From positions 5,104 through 69,103 of the forward strand of contig JAFPZK010000068.1 of the NCBI GenBank assembly GCA_017417315.1: DNA of 64,000 nucleotides. Reading direction: 5' to 3'. The notes under the pieces were generated by a model. The model was not told the origin of the DNA. It saw only the letters and a program-made list of their open reading frames with translations, and ran no database searches. This DNA is from Bacteroidales bacterium. Its GTDB lineage: Bacteria > Bacteroidota > Bacteroidia > Bacteroidales > UBA3824. Positions 35,473-44,068 of the stretch are shown one piece after another (the first letter of the stretch is position 1; each line of letters begins with the position of its first letter). The translations under genes were made by a program, and so were the position numbers.

Positions 35473-36660
35473 ATGACATTTGACGATATACGCAAACAAA
35501 ACCTTTTGGTTTACGAATACATAAGAGGTTCGCATTGTCACGGAATCAACACTCCTCAAAGCGATGTAGACCATGGCGGTGTTTTTCTTGCACCCGTTTC
35601 ACAAATCCTCGGAATCGGACTTGATTACGTTCAACAAATCGAAAGCCCGAAATGCGATGACGTTTGGTACGAGATGTCAAGATTTTTTCAGTTGCTTTTA
35701 AAATCTAACCCGACGGTTTTGGAAGCCTTGTTTGTGCCAGACCGTTGCGTTCTCTACGAAAGCGACATCATGAAAGAAATCAAGAAACACCGCGATATTT
35801 TTATCACAAAAGAATGTTTCAATCCTTTTGGAGGCTATGCCGTATCGCAAATCAAAAAGGCTCGCGGTCTTAACAAAAAGATTGTCAATCCCGTTAACGA
35901 AAAACTTTCGCCGATAGATTTTTGTTATACTTTTTACAAACAAGGCAGCGGCGAAATCAAGAAATATCTTTCATCAAGAGGTTTGAAACAAGAATATTGC
36001 GGACTTGTGTCAATCAACAATATGCACAACGTTTACGGCTGTTATTACGATTTCGGACAACAATTTACAGATGAAGGAATCACTTTTGAAAACTTAAACA
36101 CTTTTCCAGAATTGTCGTCCTTTATCCATACGATTGCTGATGGCGGTTTAGAAAAATGGTTTGAAGAAAATTCAGCGGTAAAAAATTATCGCGGCATTAT
36201 GGACAAAAATACGACAGATACGATTTGTATGTCATCGGTTTCAAAAGGGGAAAATCCGCTATTTTATCTTTATTACAATGCTGAGGGTTATACTTCACAC
36301 TGCATAAAATACAAAGAATACACCGATTGGGTAAAAAAGCGCAATCCCGTGAGATACGAAAGCAATCTTGACAAAAATTATGATTCAAAGAACATTTGTG
36401 AATGTTTTCGACTTGTAAGTATGTGTACTGAAATTGCACGAGGAGAAGGTTTCAAATGCGACCGTTCGGGCATCGACAGAGAATTTTTGCTTGACATTCG
36501 TGCGCATAAGTTTGAATATGACGAAATAATGAAATTGTTGGAAATCAAAAAGTTAGAAATGGATTCTGCAATTGCTGCTTCAACAATTCCCGACAAAGTT
36601 GATGCTGATTTTGTAAACTCGCTACTGCTAAAAATCAGGTGGCAACAAATAAAGGGATAA
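35473..36660 (+). CDS. predicted nucleotidyltransferase (Pol-beta superfamily, PF10127/RlaP-like)
   Basis: MTFDDIRKQNLLVYEYIRGSHCHGINTPQSDVDHGGVF matches the GS-x(n)-D-x-D NTase motif. ATG 35473 is preferred over the longer track ORF. Confidence 0.5.
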   Translation: MTFDDIRKQNLLVYEYIRGSHCHGINTPQSDVDHGGVFLAPVSQILGIGLDYVQQIESPKCDDVWYEMSRFFQLLLKSNPTVLEALFVPDRCVLYESDIMKEIKKHRDIFITKECFNPFGGYAVSQIKKARGLNKKIVNPVNEKLSPIDFCYTFYKQGSGEIKKYLSSRGLKQEYCGLVSINNMHNVYGCYYDFGQQFTDEGITFENLNTFPELSSFIHTIADGGLEKWFEENSAVKNYRGIMDKNTTDTICMSSVSKGENPLFYLYYNAEGYTSHCIKYKEYTDWVKKRNPVRYESNLDKNYDSKNICECFRLVSMCTEIARGEGFKCDRSGIDREFLLDIRAHKFEYDEIMKLLEIKKLEMDSAIAASTIPDKVDADFVNSLLLKIRWQQIKG

Positions 36661-36744
36661 CAATATCGAGATTTTCGTTCCTTAACAGATGAAATCATCC
36701 TCCGATTTCTTACAGTTTTTCTTGTTTTTATCCGCCGATATTGA

Positions 36745-36752
36745 TATATTTG
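36745..36752 (+). promoter_or_regulatory. -7 box TAtaTTTG
   Basis: Lies 26 nt upstream of ATG 36778. Confidence 0.4.
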
Positions 36753-36777
36753 CAGCGTCAAATCAATTTAACTCATT

Positions 36778-38196
36778 ATGAAAAACACATTATTAATTCC
36801 CGCCACAGCCATTATGTTGGTTTTATCGGCTTGTGGGGGCAAAAATTCCAACAATCACAACCAACAATCCACAACACCTCAAGAAGAAGAAACTTCGCAG
36901 AAACCTGCCGAACAAAAGCCGGACAACTCTGTGGTAATCAACCTTGTGCAGACTGGAAGTGATAAATATTCATGCCCCGACATCAAGTCGATTCATGTAT
37001 TTAATGCCGACAGTTTGATTATAAGTCAAAACGGCAAAAACTTCTCCTACACAATCAACAAGGACAAGAGTTGCGAAAAAATCGATTCACAACGCTACAA
37101 ATGGCATTTTGACATATCGCGCAAAGAACCGTCTGCACCCGATTACGTCAACATTACGATACCCCGCTATATGGACGACATATACGGCGCACAAAACGAA
37201 AAAGACAAGAATTTTAACGACGAGTGCAGGATAAATGATTCGAGGGATTTTTGTCTTAGGTTCGACATCTCCAACACTGTGGAATTAACGAGGAATATTT
37301 TCGCCGACCATCCTGCCCCCAAGCCGTTTCCTGAACTTCAATTCAATGTAAGAATGTACGGACCGGCGTATGGCGCAGATACAGCCGCAATTCCTGAATT
37401 TTTTAAAAACGCCGAGACTATCACCGTCAAAGACAACATTGTAACTGTCTCCGGCAAAGGTTCGGCAACAGATTTGGACATCATTCCCCTTGCTTGCGTT
37501 GAGGAGTGCGGTCCTGAAACTTGTTATTCTTGGTACATCATGGCGAAGAAAGACGGTGTTGCTTACACGTTTTGGATTAATGCCGGAACGCCTGAAAAAG
37601 TTCCAAACCCTGCAAACAGATGGCTTAGCATCTGCGTTAGAGATTTGGCAAACTATGGAGAAACAAAAACCAAGGATTGGAACAATCTAAAACGCAAGAT
37701 TTGTTGCACCTATCCGTCAGAGGAGGAATACGCCGCTCTCTTGGAGTACGAAATATTTGACGGTGAAGAAGAATATTGTGAAGGCGATGAAGAAGTGCCT
37801 ACTCCTCCAACGCCGCCCAATGTGGAAACAATCAAGAGTTTCTTGGCAGAGAAAGATTCTAACTTTACCAACGGCAAATTTGAGGGAATGTATGAAAACG
37901 TCATCGAATTTATTTCCGAACCCGACAAAAACGGCAACGTGGCTATTTCAAAGGTAGGATGGTATCCCGCAGAACCCTCCGGCAAAAAGTGGAAAATCTA
38001 TACCATAGGCGTTACAGCCAATGCGAGCGACCAATTCAAGGCATATATGTACACTGCCAACGGAATCACCGATGCCGAAGTGGAAAAACCGCTCACCCGA
38101 TACTCCAAGATTAAGCAAGTGGAGATGTACGGAGATTGTATGTTTGTCAGCACTGACCGATTTGCATGGAACGGCAAAAATATGGTAAAAAACTGA
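36778..38196 (+). CDS. lipoprotein, unknown function (C-terminus RFAWNGKNMVKN)
   Basis: Lipobox MLVLSACGG, 472 aa. The C-terminal motif is related to the WNGEKFV family. Confidence 0.6.
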   Translation: MKNTLLIPATAIMLVLSACGGKNSNNHNQQSTTPQEEETSQKPAEQKPDNSVVINLVQTGSDKYSCPDIKSIHVFNADSLIISQNGKNFSYTINKDKSCEKIDSQRYKWHFDISRKEPSAPDYVNITIPRYMDDIYGAQNEKDKNFNDECRINDSRDFCLRFDISNTVELTRNIFADHPAPKPFPELQFNVRMYGPAYGADTAAIPEFFKNAETITVKDNIVTVSGKGSATDLDIIPLACVEECGPETCYSWYIMAKKDGVAYTFWINAGTPEKVPNPANRWLSICVRDLANYGETKTKDWNNLKRKICCTYPSEEEYAALLEYEIFDGEEEYCEGDEEVPTPPTPPNVETIKSFLAEKDSNFTNGKFEGMYENVIEFISEPDKNGNVAISKVGWYPAEPSGKKWKIYTIGVTANASDQFKAYMYTANGITDAEVEKPLTRYSKIKQVEMYGDCMFVSTDRFAWNGKNMVKN

Positions 38197-38304
38197 CAGG
38201 ATAATTTTTTGGGGTCTTGTTCCATAATTGAGATTTGGCTAAATATGATACTACATTCAGCCAAATCTCAAATTATACCCGCTTTATCCTGCACTCGTGC
38301 TTGC

Positions 38305-38330
38305 TTTGTCAAAAAAATAGTTTATCTTTG
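38305..38330 (+). promoter_or_regulatory. full Bacteroidetes promoter (-33 TTTG, -7 TAtcTTTG)
   Basis: tttgtcaaaaaaatagtttatctttg. The 29-nt stretch 38305-38333 is identical to 42420-42448. Lies 33 nt upstream of ATG 38363. Confidence 0.55.
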
Positions 38331-38362
38331 TGCATACAAAAAAACATTAAACCTCACTCATT

Positions 38363-38815
38363 ATGTTACCACCCGACACCCCCGCGCCGTCGTTTTCGCT
38401 CCCCGACCAAGACGGCAACATCCGCAGCTTCGAAGAGTTTCGCGGCAAAAAAGTTGTGCTTTATTTTTATCCCAAGGACAACACTTCGGGCTGCACCAAA
38501 CAGGCTTGCGCTTTTTCGGAACTCTTTCCGCATTTCCGTGAAAAGGGCGCGGAAATCATCGGCATCAGCAAAGACAGCGTTGCCTCGCACAAAAAATTTC
38601 AAGAGAAATTCAACCTCACTTTCACCCTCCTCGCCGACACCGAAAAGACTGTTATTCAGGCGTATGACGTTTGGAAAGAGAAGACCCTCTACGGCAAAAA
38701 ATCTTTCGGCGTAGTGCGCACAACTTATCTGATTGACGAAAACGGAATCATTACCAAGGCTTTCTCAAACGTCAAAGCGGCTGAAAATCCGGGACAGATG
38801 TTGGAGGAGATTTAA
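38363..38815 (+). CDS. bcp: thioredoxin-dependent thiol peroxidase (Bcp-type peroxiredoxin)
   Basis: 150 aa with the FYPKDNTSGCTKQACAF peroxidatic Cys motif. Confidence 0.9.
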   Translation: MLPPDTPAPSFSLPDQDGNIRSFEEFRGKKVVLYFYPKDNTSGCTKQACAFSELFPHFREKGAEIIGISKDSVASHKKFQEKFNLTFTLLADTEKTVIQAYDVWKEKTLYGKKSFGVVRTTYLIDENGIITKAFSNVKAAENPGQMLEEI

Positions 38816-38961
38816 TGTAATTATATCCGAATATTCTAAACCGCTACTTTAAATTATCACGATTTTTAAGAAAGTAAATTGCTGATTATTAGATATATAA
38901 CACTTTTTGATACAATCAACGAGAAAAATTAGCTATTTTTTGACATCTTGCAAAAATCCGT

Positions 38962-38969
38962 TATATTTG
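38962..38969 (+). promoter_or_regulatory. -7 box TAtaTTTG
   Basis: Lies 30 nt upstream of ATG 38999. Confidence 0.4.
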
Positions 38970-38998
38970 CCGAAACAAACAATTAAACGACTACTAAG

Positions 38999-39706
38999 AT
39001 GGCACAAGTTGTTAACCCCATATACGACACTGTATTCAAGTACTTGATGCAGGACGAAAAAGTTGCGAAAGTGTTGATAGGCAACATCTTGAAGACCAAG
39101 GTGGTGTCCATTCAGATGAACAACAACGAATATTCGGCGTTGCTGCCCGACGGCAAGAAGATTTTCAAGTTGGATTTTTCAGCCACAATCTTGGACCGCA
39201 GCGGCAGGCATCAACTTGTGCATATCGAGGTTCAGAAGGCGTTGGAGGAGGGCGAGATAATGCGTTTCCGCTCCTACCTCGGTGCCATCTATATGGACGA
39301 GACCAAAAAATATCAGGAGACTGTCAAGAATCCCAAAACCAAAATCGAGACCGTTGTGGAGCAACCTTTGCCAATCCATTCGATTTACATTTTGGGACAC
39401 GAACTTGGCGACATCATCCAAGTCCCCGATAACAGCGATTACATCAACGGTCTCACGCACACGGTGATATTTGTGATTGCGCCACTCATCAAGAAGAATG
39501 TCAAGACGCACCTCGACAGGTTGCTTACGATTTTCAGCGACACTGCGCCCAACAGCAAATTCATTGAGTTGGACGAATATTACGACAATTCCGAAGACTA
39601 CCGCACCATTATGCGCGTCCTCCAAAAGGCATCTTCCGACAAGCAACTGCGCGGCAACCTCGACTTGGAGCAATACGCTTGGGTTCTTGGACAATTATCT
39701 TTTTAA
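38999..39706 (+). CDS. Rpn/PDDEXK_2-like putative recombination-promoting nuclease ('PD-(D/E)XK transposase')
   Basis: N-terminal NPIYDTVFKYLMQDEKVAKVLIGNIL, then KLDFSATILDRSGRHQLVHIEVQKA (D...E-x-Q core). Confidence 0.6.
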   Translation: MAQVVNPIYDTVFKYLMQDEKVAKVLIGNILKTKVVSIQMNNNEYSALLPDGKKIFKLDFSATILDRSGRHQLVHIEVQKALEEGEIMRFRSYLGAIYMDETKKYQETVKNPKTKIETVVEQPLPIHSIYILGHELGDIIQVPDNSDYINGLTHTVIFVIAPLIKKNVKTHLDRLLTIFSDTAPNSKFIELDEYYDNSEDYRTIMRVLQKASSDKQLRGNLDLEQYAWVLGQLSF

Positions 39707-39960
39707 ACGGATTGTCTTTCAACTCCTCGGGCGACACAAAATCGCGTCCCGACAGGCCTCCGCCCAAAATGCTGTAAGCCGTTTCGCCATAGCCAATTAC
39801 AGCAATGTCGTAATAATGGCGCACTTCGTCGGTTTTGATACAGCGAAGCACAAGTTCGTTGATCTGACGGTTGATAATCAGCGAAACTGCCTCTGCCATA
39901 GTCATTTCCTCGCCAAAAAGCGACGTTTTGCGGTTCATACTTAAACAAGGAAGAACTCAT
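39703..39960 (-). pseudogene. 5' fragment of an unidentified gene (vWA-like beta1-alpha1-beta2 pattern is a weak guess)
   Basis: Two overlapping minus-strand ORFs are present. One reads ...SLFGEEMTMAEAVSLIINRQINELVLRCIKTDEVRHYYDIAVIGYGETAYSIL and loses sense where it meets the 3' end of the 38999 gene. Confidence 0.2.
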
Positions 39961-39968
39961 AATCTTTT

Positions 39969-40856
39969 TTATTGCTTCTTCAAAATTCCGTCCGCAATTC
40001 CCTTTTTGATAATATTTTCGATAAATTCATTCTCTGTCAGATAATCATTAATTGATGCACCGCCAAGCATCAAATTTACTCCCTCAATGGATGTACTATA
40101 TATTTTGTCTGACACAAGATTCCAATTTTTACTCGGCATCCATATCATTTTGAATGTACAAAAATCAACGGGTAGTTCTGTGTTTTTTTCAGTTAAAAGA
40201 GAACAATCAGTTGCCGATTTCAGATATTCAATCGCGATGTCTTGCACAACAAACACAATTTTTCTGCCCCAACTCTCAAGAATCTTACCTTTTTTGTAAG
40301 CTTGTTGCATCATCGTTTTTGAAAACTCGTTAGCCCAATTAATGCCGTAATTGTAACTTGTTGATTCGAAGTATCCCGATGTCTTGATTTCTTTTACCGC
40401 AGGATATGGAGAGCCGGTTGTACCTGCGGCTTGAAGTTCAACGCACAGAAAATCTTTCACATTATCTTTTTTATCAACTTCAACAGCCACATAGTCAATG
40501 CTTCCACCTACACCAATATTGACTTCGGGTATCCATTTAACATTTTGCCAACCACTTAGGTAGATTTGTCGAATAGATTCAAACATCGAATCCTCTTTGA
40601 ATCGCTGTGGACATATAATGACGGGGCGTACTTGTTTTGTGCATAATGTTGCTCCAATGCTGCAAATACCAACCTTTACAGACGGCTCGCTTTTCCGAGG
40701 TTTCACGCAAGTGTTTTTAATGTATTTGCAATATTGCTGTTTCAATGCGAGTTTGAATGCGCTACTATCGATATGCTCGTCACAATCGTAACCGAATAAC
40801 TCTGTAGGTCTTTTGGTAAGTTCTTTCATTTTGCAATTAGAATAATGTGTTATCAA
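39969..40856 (-). CDS. type II restriction endonuclease (NotI-like architecture suspected)
   Basis: Overlaps the methylase gene by 20 bp. The N-terminus is Cys-rich (C..C.K...GIC...CP.R) and is followed by CVELQAAGTTGSPY, reminiscent of NotI VLEIQTMDFHGSY as I recall it. Confidence 0.5.
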   Translation of the reverse strand: MITHYSNCKMKELTKRPTELFGYDCDEHIDSSAFKLALKQQYCKYIKNTCVKPRKSEPSVKVGICSIGATLCTKQVRPVIICPQRFKEDSMFESIRQIYLSGWQNVKWIPEVNIGVGGSIDYVAVEVDKKDNVKDFLCVELQAAGTTGSPYPAVKEIKTSGYFESTSYNYGINWANEFSKTMMQQAYKKGKILESWGRKIVFVVQDIAIEYLKSATDCSLLTEKNTELPVDFCTFKMIWMPSKNWNLVSDKIYSTSIEGVNLMLGGASINDYLTENEFIENIIKKGIADGILKKQ

Positions 40857-41871
40857 TTTGTTTGATTCTGTTTTCGGCTATCGAATTGTACTCATTGCTC
40901 AAATCTATCCCTATGCCCTTGCGTCCCAATTTTAGCGCGGCGGACACAGTACTCCCTGTGCCACTGAATGGGTCGAGAACGACGCCGCCGCCGGGACAAG
41001 TGGCGAGTATTGGTATCCGCAACAATTCTTCGGGGAACACGGCGCAATGACTGTCTTTGCGCCACGTGTCTTCCGGAACGATGTTCCAAATATCACCCGG
41101 CAAAAATCCTGATGCACCCATCTTCATTATGTAGAATCCTTTTTCTTTCAATTCTTTTGCTCGTCCGCTGATTTGGACATCGTCACTGTGCCAAGCACGC
41201 TGAACACCCCTGATTGTCATTCTAAAATCGTTGACTTCTCCCGATTGTATTTTCAGCAAAATATCGTCTAATGCCTTCAACGCGTTGTTTTTTTCCGTTT
41301 CATTCAATTCCTCGCTGTCAATAATCATTTGACGGTATTTTTTCCCGCTGACACCTGTTGCAGATACCATTTTGCCATTAACTTTTTTGGGTTTTAGGTT
41401 TGGCTTTAGTTTGATTTCGTCAGCGTTATAATAATATTTCTTGGATTTTACAAAATGAAAAAAATGTTCATACATATCCCTAAGTCTGTCTTTGCAGCTC
41501 TGAGTGCCTTTCATTTGATTCCAAATGACATCGTTGCGTAGAATCCAACCATCGTCCATCAACGAAATGGCAACTCTCCACGGCATCCCCATCAAAGCCT
41601 TGTCGTTGTATTTGTCGCCAAGATTGAGCCAAAGCGAGCCGTTGTCTGTCAAGACACGCTTTGCCTCCGAAAATACAGATGTAAGATTCTTGACGTATTC
41701 AATATAAGAATCTTCATTACCGATTTCGTTAGCATCCTCGTTGTTGTCATATTTTCGCATCGCCCAGTAAGGTGGTGAGGTAATGATACAATTGACAGAT
41801 TGATTGTCCATCTTTTTTAACTCAGATAGACAATCGCCGCAAATCAATTTATATTTTTCTGTTTCAAGCAT
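40837..41871 (-). CDS. beta-class N4-cytosine/N6-adenine DNA methyltransferase
   Basis: Motif IV IITSPPYW is near the N-terminus and motif I VVLDPFSGTGST near the C-terminus. SPPY favours m4C. Confidence 0.9.
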   Translation of the reverse strand: MLETEKYKLICGDCLSELKKMDNQSVNCIITSPPYWAMRKYDNNEDANEIGNEDSYIEYVKNLTSVFSEAKRVLTDNGSLWLNLGDKYNDKALMGMPWRVAISLMDDGWILRNDVIWNQMKGTQSCKDRLRDMYEHFFHFVKSKKYYYNADEIKLKPNLKPKKVNGKMVSATGVSGKKYRQMIIDSEELNETEKNNALKALDDILLKIQSGEVNDFRMTIRGVQRAWHSDDVQISGRAKELKEKGFYIMKMGASGFLPGDIWNIVPEDTWRKDSHCAVFPEELLRIPILATCPGGGVVLDPFSGTGSTVSAALKLGRKGIGIDLSNEYNSIAENRIKQIDNTLF

Positions 41872-41954
41872 TTTGTTATTGTTAACATTAAACGATGCAA
41901 AAATAAAAAAAAATCTTTATTATCACAACTATTTTCCCAAAATCATCTTTTTTG

Positions 41955-42398
41955 TTATGTGTCAATTAGTATTGTATTGACATTATACTTATCCAACGTT
42001 TCACCCTCCACCCAATTCATCAAAAGCACAGGAAACTCATTGTCGTCGGTGTTGTTATCCACAAAAAGTTCTTTGTCAAGGTATTGAATTTTAGTGAGAT
42101 ACTCCGATGAAACGTCTTGAAGTTCGTTGGCAATTAGGCGGTAACTCTCGTCCCTGCCCTCTTGGTCGCGGGTGAAGCATTTAAGGGCGTAAAACTTGCC
42201 GTCGTTTTGGTCAACCATCTTGAACACCACGGCAAAATTCCCGCTACTCATCACGGGATTGCCGTCCGCTCCCACAACAGGTCGGAGCGTAGTAAGCGTG
42301 GCGAAGTAATCTTCGGGTGATTGCTCCGCCAACTTGATAGCCTCGGTATATTGTCCAACAGAAGGATATATCATAGTTTGGTGTTTTTTGCTACGCAC
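41955..42398 (-). pseudogene. N-lobe-only fragment of a protein-kinase-like gene
   Basis: GNFAVVFKM...KFYALKCF (beta3 Lys) and the LLMNWVEGETL hinge are present, but the ORF stops ~10 aa later with no catalytic or DFG loops. Only 83 bp separate it from the R-M cassette. Confidence 0.5.
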
Positions 42399-42419
42399 AA
42401 AAGTACGAAAAAAGGTGGA

Positions 42420-42445
42420 TTTGTCAAAAAAATAGTTTATCTTTG
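42420..42445 (+). promoter_or_regulatory. full Bacteroidetes promoter (-33 TTTG, -7 TAtcTTTG)
   Basis: Identical 29-mer to 38305-38333. Lies 25 nt upstream of ATG 42470. Confidence 0.55.
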
Positions 42446-42469
42446 TGCGAAATTGATAGAGTTGCCATT

Positions 42470-44068
42470 ATGGAAAAGTATTTCAACACAGCGGGTCCCA
42501 ACCAACCCGACTCGCAATATACGCTTAATCCGCTGAAACGCATTGATTTAGCGGAAATAGAATTGTTGTTTGAACAAAAAAAGTACTTTGTGCTCCACGC
42601 ACCGAGGCAGACGGGCAAAACGTCTATGCTGTTGGCATTGAGGGATTATCTCAATGCGGGCGGCAAGTATTTCTGCGTGTATGCCAATATTGAGGGCGGA
42701 CAGGCGGACAGAAACGACGTTGAAAGCGTTATTTCCAATACTTGTGAGAGCATTGCCCGAAGAATAGACAATCTGTTAGGCGGATCAGAATACTACAAAT
42801 TATATGCAGAACAATTTGAAAAATCCAACAAAAGTAACCGTCTTACAGCATTTTTGAGTTTCTTATCCCAAAAATTCGACAAACCTTTAATCTTGTTTCT
42901 TGATGAGGTTGACGCTTTGGTAGGAGATTCGTTGGTGTCTGTGTTGAGGCAACTGAGGGCAGGTTATGACCAAAGACCCAAGATGTTTCCTCAATCGGTG
43001 ATTCTTTGCGGCGTAAGAGATGTAAGGGATTACAGGATAACACTTTCGAATCAGGAAATCATTACAGGTGGCTCGGCTTTCAACATCAAGGCTAAGTCGC
43101 TAAGGATGGGAAATTTCACAAAAGAAGAAATCCACGAACTTTACTTGCAGCACACAGAAGAAACGGGTCAGGTTTTTGACGAGGATTGTTTTCCAATGAT
43201 TTGGAATGCAACCGAAGGGCAGCCGTGGCTTGTCAACGCGCTTGCTTACGAGGTAACATACGAAATGAAAGAAAACCGTGACCGCACCGTAAAAATCATT
43301 CCCGAAATGATTTACAAGGCGCAGGAACGAATTATCTACCGTCGCGACACTCACATAGACGCACTTATCGACAAACTCAAAGAGCCACGTGTAAGGCGTA
43401 TAATTCAGCCGCTTCTCGCCACCAACGAGGATGCCGACGAGAGCATTTTCCCAACCGACGACTTGCAGTATTGCGTTGATTTGGGACTAATTGCACCCAA
43501 TAAACCCGTCAGAATCGCCAACGACATTTACCGCGAGGTGATTCCTCGCGAACTAACTTATACGACCCAATATTTCATCGTTCAAGAGCCTGCGTGGTAT
43601 CTCAACCCTGACAATTCGCTCAATATGGAAAAGTTGTTGCTTGATTTTCAACAGTTTTTCCGTCAGAACGCTGATTCGTGGATTGGCAAGTTCGACTATG
43701 CAGAGGCGGGTCCGCAGTTGCTTTTGCAGGCGTTTTTGCAGAGGATTGTCAACGGCGGCGGATATATAGACCGCGAATACGGTTTGGGACGAGGCAGGAC
43801 GGATTTGCTTATCCGCAAACCGCTCACCGACACTTACGGAGGTCCATATCAGCGTGTTGTCTTAGAATTGAAAATCCTGCGCAATTCGATGAAAAAGACC
43901 ATCACCGACGGCCTCAAACAGACTTTTGAATATATGGATAAAGCGGGCGATGTCAGCGAAGGACACTTCATCGTTTTCGACCGTTCGTCCAAAAAGCCTT
44001 GGAGCAAAAAGATTTTCCACCGTCAAGGCGAATATCAGGGAACAAAGATTATGATTTGGGGAATGTGA
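42470..44068 (+). CDS. AAA-like (PF14516-type) ATPase with C-terminal PD-(D/E)XK-like module
   Basis: MEKYFNTAGPNQPDSQYTLNPLKR...VLHAPRQTGKTS, Walker B LFLDEVD, and C-terminal GRGRTDLLI...VLELKI. Confidence 0.7.
   Translation: MEKYFNTAGPNQPDSQYTLNPLKRIDLAEIELLFEQKKYFVLHAPRQTGKTSMLLALRDYLNAGGKYFCVYANIEGGQADRNDVESVISNTCESIARRIDNLLGGSEYYKLYAEQFEKSNKSNRLTAFLSFLSQKFDKPLILFLDEVDALVGDSLVSVLRQLRAGYDQRPKMFPQSVILCGVRDVRDYRITLSNQEIITGGSAFNIKAKSLRMGNFTKEEIHELYLQHTEETGQVFDEDCFPMIWNATEGQPWLVNALAYEVTYEMKENRDRTVKIIPEMIYKAQERIIYRRDTHIDALIDKLKEPRVRRIIQPLLATNEDADESIFPTDDLQYCVDLGLIAPNKPVRIANDIYREVIPRELTYTTQYFIVQEPAWYLNPDNSLNMEKLLLDFQQFFRQNADSWIGKFDYAEAGPQLLLQAFLQRIVNGGGYIDREYGLGRGRTDLLIRKPLTDTYGGPYQRVVLELKILRNSMKKTITDGLKQTFEYMDKAGDVSEGHFIVFDRSSKKPWSKKIFHRQGEYQGTKIMIWGM

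Noticed and set aside
38209-38714. Two overlapping + strand ORFs (110 and 159 aa) overlapping the bcp gene.
   Set aside because: The third frame (38363-38815) encodes an unmistakable Bcp peroxiredoxin with its own promoter. The other two are Arg/Pro/Ser-rich out-of-frame readings.
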